From Paraspadella gotoi (Eukaryota; Animalia; Chaetognatha): a stretch of 18,243 bases of DNA. Positions 9,753-18,243 of the stretch are shown in pieces; within the stretch, counting starts at the first letter, position 1; the number at the start of each line of letters is the position of its first letter. The notes under the pieces were generated by a model. The model saw only the letters and a list, made by a program, of their open reading frames with translations. It made no database searches and had not been told where the DNA came from. Where the stretch lies: positions 1-18,243 of the forward strand of contig JBJCIZ010001672.1 of assembly GCA_051294375.1 (NCBI GenBank). The letters run 5' to 3'. The translations under genes and the position numbers were made by a program.

Positions 9753-9974
9753 GATATTACAGTTGCTCGTTGGCAAGAGCAATTGAAATATCTATATGCT
9801 TTAATAATTTTATTAAGATACCCATTAAATATCAAGACCCCAAGTGGATAAGAAACTTATAAACATTACGGCGCCCCCGATCCCGGTCTTCAGTACGGTT
9901 TCTCTCCCGACACGACATTGACTTTAACATGGGCAAAAAAAAATATATACATATTCAGGTTAGGATTGCAATCC

Positions 9975-10093
9975 CTTTTCGGCATAATTTTACGGTTAAA
10001 AGGGTTTAACGTTAGAATAATTAAGTAATATTTTTTTTTTAATAAATATTTTTAAATAGCCAAAACCTCGATTGGCGAAAGTAAAATTTTTCC
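9975..10093 (-). mobile_element. Truncated MITE family B copy, reverse orientation
   Basis: Reverse complement reads GGAAAAATTTTACTTTCGCCAATCGAGGTTTTGGCTATTTAAAAATATTTATT...TTACTTAATTA, matching the left part of 15695-15884. Confidence 0.65.
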
Positions 10094-10479
10094 TCTTAAA
10101 CGATTTAGGAGGATGGACCGGCGGGTCCAAACAAACCCACAAAAATAATATTTAATTATTGAATAAAAAATAATTAATAAAAATCTCTTACCTCAGGAAA
10201 ATAATAAATTTCAACGAAAAAAATGCATAAATGCATAAACGATCACGAATGATTGATGTTAGCGACGATAAAATGAAGTCGAAATATGGATTATGCGTTT
10301 GAAGTTTACAGTTTGAAGTTTTTTTCTGAAATAAAAACGAGAAACAACAATATTATGCATTCGGTGAATTGAAAGTGAAGCGATTGTATGGTAATTGGTT
10401 AACATTTAAAAATAAAAAAAGTTGGAAGTTGAATTTTCGGGGGAAAAAAATGGCGTCATATACTGCTCGCGTGGGTTGC

Positions 10480-10579
10480 NNNNNNNNNNNNNNNNNNNNN
10501 NNNNNNNNNNNNNNNNNNNNNNNNNNNNNNNNNNNNNNNNNNNNNNNNNNNNNNNNNNNNNNNNNNNNNNNNNNNNNNN
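10480..10579. other. Assembly gap (100 N, true size unknown)
   Basis: Run of exactly 100 N, the usual placeholder for an unsized scaffold gap. Confidence 0.98.
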
Positions 10580-11599
10580 AGAGAGATGAAACAAAAGAAA
10601 AGAGGCCTAAAGATGTCGTGTCGATCGCAGAACGGGTGGCAATTTCGATGGTCAGTAATAAGAGCAAAAACGATCGGAGAAAGGATAGAGAAGCTGGATA
10701 TTCGGCTCGAATATTAAAGATAGTTATTTCGTAACACCCCCGCTATTTGGGTAGTTCAAGCATACCAAATACCTTGAGCATGTCTATGAAATAACAATCT
10801 AAAAATACTCCGGTCGCAGGGGGATGGAAAAGAGGAAAGGAAGTAATTTTAAATGCCGAGGTATGCAAAAATGCGCCCAGGATCTTAACTTGCTAATAAC
10901 CATCAAAATATTCCAAAAATAAATTCCAAAACCTGACAAAAAAGCTGACGAACGGTTGAACGGAACAGACGGGTGACGGACGGCAGACGACAACTGAACC
11001 GGCGACAACCCTCTTACCGACACGCTTGATTGGTACTTCAAGTTACATGATTTGAAGACGAAACAGTGGGTTACACAATTAAATGAGATTTAGAAAAAGC
11101 GAGACAATGATGTAAATAATAATACGGTTGTGTCGTAAATTTTAAAAATAATTTTTTCACCGAAGGCCAAAAATAGGAAAAACGAAGACAACTTTGTCAC
11201 GGCTCAGGTTCACGAAACGGCGCGGAGGTGCCGCCTCACCACTTCTGCAGAGTAAGGCGAAGCGCGCGTGTGACGATTGCCGGAACGAAACGTCTCTGAC
11301 TATGATAGGAAAAACAAAAATAAACTCTGTACGGCGTAGTATTATTAAACCGCGTTTTCAAACCGTGAAATCCCAAAAACGAAAACACTAAAAAACTGGT
11401 CAATCCTGGTTTTCCATGACTTTAAAAAAGCGTTTTGCCCGCTAGACTGAAAAACGATAGCAGATCAAATTGGCCTATAAAAAAAATTGACACAAGGCAG
11501 GGGGGAATGAGACGAAGAGGAGCTAAAATAATTTCTGACTGACTGACTATTCACAATAAAATGATTTTTGCGAACTAATCTTCGGGCATAATAAACGTA

Positions 11600-12517
11600 A
11601 AATAACTAAAATCAAGCAAAGTAATAGAATAGGCCATTTATCGAAGTTTAAAGCCGGTTTATAAACTGACCCCGGTGGCCAGACTTTAAAACACGCGATT
11701 AATTTAAAACTTAGGTCGAAAGCGGAAGACCCGGTGGATCTATCTCCCTGAGGCCAGACTTCGAACTTGACATAGTACAACCCGAATGCCTTTGAATAGT
11801 AGCCAACATAGAAAAGGAAACGTGAAATATTAGTGGAAGCACCGAAATTGTGAGAACAATAGCGGCAGCCGCCGACCAAATCGAATTTCCAAGAATGGAA
11901 CGCGGAAAAGGTGAAAAAAAAATACTATGGTTTGTCGGATTTGGTAAAACGATATTCACGTTATAACCGAATGGCCACTTTCTGCCCCCCGCAGGAAACG
12001 AAATAGATCTCAAGAAGTTGATATTAGACCGGCTAAGAACAATACAACCCTTCGAGCTTCCAAACAGAACATGGCGAGGCCAAAGGTGCCTTTTCATAAT
12101 CACGAACAACCAGAGGACGAATAATAACACAAATCTGCAAAAAAGTTCAATTTTTCATCACCGCAGGTGGCCGCATAAAGGATCGAACCACATACTTCAG
12201 GCACATGCAGGCCTACTCCCCAGTCATCCTTCAACAGATGCCTTGATGAAGCGCGCTCCGATGCGAAAAGACGCGAATCTTTGAAGATCTGGCGTCACAT
12301 ACGACTACTTACGCAAAAATATTAGAAGACGCAGACAAGCGCATAACTAGACAACGAAAAACCTTTATAGCTCACTGCCTACGGGAAAAAAAGTAAATTG
12401 AAGACAAAAATAAAAAAACTGGAAATCTTGGTCAATCTGCAACTAAATGCTTACGCCGTCGAATCTTCTTGGTAAATGGGGAATCTTTCTTGAAATGAAC
12501 ATATTGTCTGAAATACA
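11600..12517 (-). pseudogene. Degenerate exon-like segments continuing repeat A2; probable paralogue of 2622-3372
   Basis: Minus-strand acceptors TTTTGTTTTACAG (~12518), TTTTTTTCCCGTAG (~12379) and TTTTTGCAG (~12135); donors GTAAGC, GTAAGT and GTAGG. Broken frames (e.g. SVWKLEGLYC, LYYVKFEVW) resemble SWKLGNYC and HYFFKFIA at 2622-3190. Confidence 0.35.
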
Positions 12518-12591
12518 CTGTAAAACAAAAATAATTAGCATTCCTTAATCTACCTAATGTGTAGTAGGTTGGCAAAGATAAACAAATATTA

Positions 12592-15150
12592 AACTAAACC
12601 CTAAAAACGAAATCATAGCCTATCACAGATACAACGCGAACATACATAAACCAAAAAAATCGAATACACCTAAGAAACAAAATATTTTCAAAACCTGGAT
12701 GCAATAATAGGAACTTACTTTATTGGTAAATATTTATATTTTAAGCATACCGTCTGCCGTTGAACGAGAATAACTTACGGCAGGGTAAAACTAAGAAGAC
12801 AACGGATGGGGCGAACCCTCAAAACGCCTGCAAAAAATAAAACGGCAGGCAATAACATGGTAATCCGCCTCGTTGGCGCTGGCTGCCGCTTATTCGCAGC
12901 ATCCTGCTAACCTATTTTAAAGGGAGAAAATACAAAAATGAGACGTACAAAGTCCAAACGATTACGAACCAGCTGACTTGCCGGGAAAGCCGGGACATAA
13001 CTGTAAGGACGGGTAAGTAACTGAAAAAGGGTTCTCGTAAGGTGCTTGCCGGCCTAAAGAAGAAGACGGTGGTCAAACAAGTAACCTTTCGTTACCGAAT
13101 GCACCGAAAAATTTGGAGTTTCCCGACGATTTCATCTCAACCAATTCTACTGGAAACGGCCCTGTGTGCCATGAGAAACCGACCGCGCTCTGCGGCGCGG
13201 CAGGGGAGACAGTCTTGAACAGGGAATTTGACGCGTCCTATCCAAAAGCCTAGAAGTTGTTTATATTTTTAGCGGGATCAAAACTCACAAAACTCCGTCC
13301 GTGCTAGAGCTATTTTGAAAGTTGAGGGCAAAAATCTTGATCAAAAAGCGAAAAAATGTTAGGGGGCAGAACTATGAATAATATAAAATATCCAGAGAGA
13401 GATAATCTATATTATTCTTCCTACTCTAAATGTCGTCTCTTTCTCCTAGGCTATCCAAAAAAACGAAACAAACTAATAAATAGCCAAAAAATGGGACAGA
13501 TTGGGTGTTTTTAAGCAGTGGGGTGGTTTGGCAACACGCCTCCGAAGAGGGTTTCGTTGCTTTCCGTCTTGTTCTGGTCGGGAAGAACACGCATTTTGGC
13601 GAGCGCTTGGTTGTTTCCCTTCTCTCACTCAACAAAACCTTGACCTAGTACTGCATTTTTTCGCTACTTGTTTCTTCAACTCTACAGAAACGCCTGAAGG
13701 AGAACCCCGAACAAACGTACAAAGTGTGACGATGTAAAGTCCATTCTAAAAAATAACAAACTCAAAAATACACTTTGTTATTTTAGTGGGTTAAGGACTT
13801 AAGATTAACTAAAAACGAAAAATATCATTTTTCTAAAAATACGAACAAAAGTAATTATTAAAAACACAATATTTTTCTACAAAATACTCAAATTTTCCAT
13901 TATCGACGAAAAATTGGCCGTACCCCGCCGCACGAACCGGAGAGGAACGAACCTGTTCGTAGCAAAAAAGAAAAATTTTTCGAAAAAAAAATTTAGCAAA
14001 AAAGCCGTCCAAAAAATACAAAGGGAAGAACTACGCGTAGTTAAATTGTAATGTTTGGGGGAAACGGGGGGAAAGATCTCAAATTTCTCCGAGCGTAAGT
14101 CGCGAAGATCTGAAGGAAAAAGCATGATGGTAAATAACACTCTATCCGGAGATAATCGAAACCGTAGACGATCGGATTAAAAGTTGAGATTTAACCTACC
14201 GAAAACCAAACACACAAAATAACAATATTACTCTAAAATAAATTTAATTTAAACTAAAAAATATTAAGAAAACGTAAGAATAACATTAATTATTTTCAGA
14301 ATGGCCGCGCCGCAACGCCAAAGACCCAGCCCGATCACCAAGCCTTCGAAATTCGTAGCGCCTCACGAGCCGCGTAATCGTGCGTGCACGATTCGAGCGT
14401 TCATGCCACATACGAAACGGCGAAGTCATGTTCATCGCCACTGAAGCCGGAAGTTAACGAGCATAAAACACGAAAACAATGTCATGTAAATTTACGGCTG
14501 CCATCGACGATGCATCGGAGATCGCTCGATGCCGCGCTTACTAAAAAACATCGATGAGTCAACATAAGCAATATTAGCGGGGGCGTAACGAAATATGATG
14601 AAATATAACGTTATCCGCCCGTAACATCGGAAATCCAGACGCAACGATAAGCGATAACGAAATAAAAAATATTAAAATTCTCAAAAAACGTGAAAAAGGC
14701 AAAAAATATTGAGATTTAGAAAAAAAGGTCAAAGTAAATACATTGGTCGAACGAGAGAGGCTAGAACGGGCCGACTTTCCGCTGCACGGACAAGCCTCCC
14801 ACGAACCTCACCGCCGGCCCATGAAAAAACACCCTTCCACCAATACTTTGCTGACCGAGACGGACGTCAAAGTCGAGCAAAGCAAAGAGCAACTCCGTCC
14901 ACAAAGGCGCCCCCATGCCGATCAAGTCGACATGGTGCAGAAATTCGAAAAAAATAGGCAAATAAAAATGAACAAAACATAGAAATAAAAATAAATACGG
15001 CTTTTGAAACGGGGCACTCCCATAAAAAAAAAGATTTGCAAAGTGCAGAAAAAAAAGGAAATCCGAGTGAACGTGACTGAAAGAAAATGATTAATAAATA
15101 ACGTTTTCGCCACGTTTTACAGGAAATCGAATCCGTATTTCGAAGTCCCA
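12592..15150. repeat. Long direct repeat, copy A2 (paralogous to 240-2475)
   Basis: Same anchors as A1. The offset between copies grows from 12390 (first anchor) to 12667 (52-bp anchor), i.e. ~280 extra bases in A2, from one ~90-bp block (~13995-14085) and many small indels. Confidence 0.92.
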
Positions 15151-15694
15151 ACCCTTTACTCCCGCCACAGGAGAATCCAACTTTTCAGTCGAATTTGAAC
15201 AAAACCAGAAAAATAGAAATAAAGAAATAAAAATAACAGGAGGTTCTTTAAATTTTTAATTATCAAAAAATAACATGAAAAAAATTAAATGGCTACAAAG
15301 TTTTTTAAAAGCAAGTTTTGTAAATAGCCACAAAAAATGATGCCTTTATGCAGATTAAATAATAACCAAAGATACGTCGTCGGCTTACAACACTGTTTCA
15401 AGACGCATGAGCCAGTGGTAGGAGCAGAGGTGACTGCTGATGGGATCAGAGGATAAACGCTTCAGTTTCAAGGCAAAGATAATTATTTTGAAACTATGTT
15501 TTAGCCCATGGACTAAATAGTAAGATAAGTTTTTCATGCTGTTTTTTAAAACTGACCCTGTAGAGCTTTAATCAAACAATATTTAATTTAATAAATTTGT
15601 TGGAATTAAGTAAAATTGTCTGTTTGAATTTGTTTTTATTTTCTCCTTGATCAATTTTTCTTAATTTTAATTTCAAACGCAACAAAACGAAAAG

Positions 15695-15884
15695 GGCTAA
15701 ATTTTACTTTCGCCGACCGCGGTTTTGGCGGATTTTGAAAAACTGTTTAAAAATATTTATTTTTTAAAAAAAAAATTAAAAAAATGTTACCTAATTACCC
15801 TCTTAACCCTAACCACACCAATCCTAAACCACTCTTAAAACCCTCTTAACCTAACCCTACTCGGTGGCAAAAGTAAAAGTAACC
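15695..15884 (+). mobile_element. Complete 190-bp MITE (family B) with GG-initiated TIRs and 8-bp TSD; Merlin- or Mutator-like
   Basis: Left TIR GGCTAAATTTTACTTTCGCCGACC, right end GGTGGCAAAAGTAAAAGTAACC. Perfect 8-bp TSD ACGAAAAG at 15687-15694 and 15885-15892. The superfamily is inferred only from the GG termini and TSD length. Confidence 0.82.
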
Positions 15885-16204
15885 ACGAAAAGTTTGAAAT
15901 AACAATAAATTTGTATAATTAATTATTCACTTGAGATTAAGCTGTAAGTAACGATAATAGATTATAACAGGATGATTAATTAATTAATTATGATAAGCTG
16001 TAAGTCACAAATCAGATGATAAAATTAACTATTTATTATATTGATTAGATTATTTATTTTTAGTCATTACTGAATATTTATATTATTATTATAATAATAG
16101 ATTAATTAATAATTATTATAATACATAAATAATTTTTATAAATTAATTAATTTATGCATGATTAATTAATCAAATAATTTAATAAATAGTTGTTAATAAA
16201 AAAA

Positions 16205-16463
16205 AGGTAAAATGTAATCATTTAAACTTATGAAATTAATTATTAAATCTTTAAGCTAAGGGGGATGGACGGACGGATGCACAGCATTTTTATCTTTGCT
16301 TTGATAGCATGTTCCGAGGTGACCGACTTAACGCAAGGTATGTACCGGGTTGGGATTGAACCCAGTACCTAGTGGTATGAGCTGATGGCTTTATTCAATA
16401 GCCACCGGGTCACGACTGAAGGTGTCATGCTTATAGGCGGGATGAACTTATGCAATGCCCGAC
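16205..16463 (-). mobile_element. Partial reverse-orientation relative of the HINE-like element at 5049-6347
   Basis: AATGCCCGAC (16454-16463) is the reverse complement of GTCGGGCATT (5123-5132). GCTAAGGGGGATGGACGGACGGA (16255-) mirrors TCCGTCCGTCCCACCTTAGC (~5191-5210), and CATTTAAACT (16219-) mirrors AGTTTAAATG of the tandem core. Confidence 0.5.
16342..16411 (-). mobile_element. Degenerate tRNA-derived sequence (SINE head or tRNA pseudogene)
   Basis: Minus strand GACCCGGTGGCTATTGAATAAAGCCATCAGCTCATACCACTAGGTACTGGGTTCAATCCCAACCCGGTAC. It has an A-box-like TGGCTA..., a B-box GGTTCAATCC (16362-16353) in a TGGG/CCCA T-stem, and tRNA-like spacing. The acceptor and anticodon stems are broken. 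Confidence 0.6.
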
Positions 16464-17835
16464 TACAGTTCGACCAATCAGGCTCGTATTTGTTTCCGGC
16501 GGATCACCAAATTTAAATTAAAAACACAAAAATACATGTTTTTCTCTCATTTCTTTGACGTAATAATCAATTAATAATCGATGTTTTAATATTGTTATAT
16601 TTATACGTTTTCAAGACTATTGTTTATTTTATTATTTTTTGGCCTTTTGGGTTTATGTAACGTTTTGATAGAATGTACTCTAGTTTTGTTTGTAAACAAA
16701 GCTATTCAACGTTATTATTATTTTTAAAGTAGTTATTATAAATTAATATTAAAAGAATTAATCAAAGAAAATTGCATTTCCAAATTTTTTTTACTGTACG
16801 AACACTTGCGGTTCGTGCGACTCTCGAAATCGGGAATTTGATGAGACGCGGCGATCAAATAATTTTGTTTCCAAACCTAAAACATATTCTGCTAAAATCT
16901 CGCAGCCGTAAAATAAATTCACAAAAATCTCGATGCAAATTTGGGATTTCGTATTGAGAAAAAAGCACAGAATAAATTGGCATAATAAAGGTTTTAAAAT
17001 GGAGAAAAATAATCAGAATTTTGCTTTTGTAAAAAAACTGGTTGAATATCGGCGACTATCGTCTTGCTGAGCATAAAACGTCACGAATCTTTCCTAAACT
17101 TCATATACATTTTGAGATGACCTGAGAGATGAACCCGGTAATATGTTAGAGGTCAAGTTTGATGAGGGAGGAAAAGAGAAAACAGCGATTGAGGGAGGGA
17201 GAAATGACGACCGACGAGATTTGGTTGAAAATAATTTATGATAATTTTTGCGATTCGGGTAAGTTTCTTTTACAAACAGAATAAAATTATATGTGACGAG
17301 GATCTACAAATGGTTTATAAACTTTAATTCCCATTCACATGTTGATTTAATAGTTTAATTGTATAATGTTGTGTATGTTTCCTCTTATTTGATCTTCAAA
17401 TTCATTATTTTAAATTCGTTTTAAAAAGAAAAGAAAAATAATACCCACTTATGACCAAAACGCGACATTTTTAGTTTACACGCCTTCTCTCGCTCGATCG
17501 ACTCGCACCTGACTGAGCATCGAATAAAGACGGTCTGTTCACTTTAAACATGGGGGATTTTCCTTTCTTGTCCATTAATCGACACTTGTGTCCGATTCAG
17601 GTCATCGAATCTCACGAGCATAGGCCGATACCACCAGTGGTTTTCCGTCACGTTACCGTCATTCATGGCTTAAATAAAAGAAACACCTTCTACGCTTTAA
17701 GCCGATCGAGCGCACTAATAGTTCAAAACTTCTTAGGTGGTAACCAAAATATAAGATTATTGTTTCCGTTTTGGATTGAGCGATACCTGGGGAAATCGAT
17801 TGCGGATTTTAGCCTCTCTCGATGATAGAGGGATG

Positions 17836-17903
17836 GAAAAACGGCGGGTTTCTGCCTGCCGTTTCTAACCGCGCGGGCCGATTGACTTGAAATTTTGCAT
17901 GCG
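17836..17903 (+). repeat. Hairpin plus Helitron/HINE-like core motif; possible fragment of another non-autonomous element
   Basis: AAACGGCGGG...CCTGCCGTTT stem (~17838-17864). CCGATTGACTTGAAATTTTGCATGCG (17878-17903) matches GCGATTGACCTGGAATTTTGTATGCG (5397-5422) at 22/26. Confidence 0.35.
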
Positions 17904-17983
17904 CAATATTGACATCATTTCCTATCGATCAATATAAAAATATATAAGAAAATGCCACGGACGGCGAAACTACATGCATATCT

Positions 17984-18047
17984 AGAGAGAGAGAGAGAGA
18001 CAGAGAGAGACAGAGTGAGAGAGAGAGACAAAGAGAGAGAGAGAGAG
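17984..18047. repeat. Imperfect (GA)n microsatellite
   Basis: Direct reading; ~64 bp with a few C/T/A interruptions. Confidence 0.95.
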
Positions 18048-18243
18048 TATGCAAATTAAAACTTCACGTCGTTACAGCGCGCATGCGCGTGCCCTCAGGC
18101 TTAATATCCGCGACCCGTCGTCGAACGAGGAGCGAATTCACGTCATTCTTGATTTTTCCCGCAATGGCATCGAGTCCAAATTTTTCTCTCATTACAGGAG
18201 AACTGTGCGCGAGCCTCTGCCACCGGGTGCTAAGGAATCGGGA

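Noticed and set aside
10353-10734. ORFs spanning the N run
   Set aside because: They are open only because N codons translate as X.
240-15150. A1 and A2 as the two LTRs of one retrotransposon
   Set aside because: No gag/RT/integrase remnants seen between them, no clean TG...CA ends or TSD, and the similarity fades gradually at both ends. An unsized gap also lies in between.
15127-15150. Minus-strand TGGGACTTCGAAATACGGATTCGA resembling a tRNA-Tyr primer-binding site (TGGTCCTTCGAGCCGGAT)
   Set aside because: Several mismatches and an indel; the A1 copy matches less well and no shared LTR precedes it.
16342-16411. Functional tRNA gene
   Set aside because: The acceptor and anticodon stems do not pair and the D-loop GG is missing; only the T-arm is convincing.

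Overview
AT-rich eukaryotic (arthropod-like) draft-assembly sequence with a 100-N gap at 10480-10579. I recognise no intact protein-coding gene, rRNA, functional tRNA or CRISPR array. The dominant structure is a ~2.2-2.6 kb direct repeat (A1 ~240-2475, A2 ~12592-15150) whose copies differ mainly by 1-3 bp indels. Short collinear matches found by eye suggest a third, much older copy of the same unit between them (~2620-10460). The window may therefore hold three head-to-tail copies of an intron-rich, minus-strand unit of unknown identity: a decayed gene, a spliced non-coding RNA or a transposon relic. The middle copy is interrupted by non-autonomous DNA elements: a hAT-type MITE with a perfect 8-bp TSD, a DINE-1/HINE-like element with internal tandem repeats, GG-terminated MITEs and a ~430-bp fold-back. 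It still contains three in-phase exons that splice into a 150-aa ORF. The right end has another MITE with an 8-bp TSD, a tRNA-derived SINE head inside a HINE fragment, and a (GA)n microsatellite. All alignments were made by eye, and boundaries are approximate unless a TSD or TIR is quoted.
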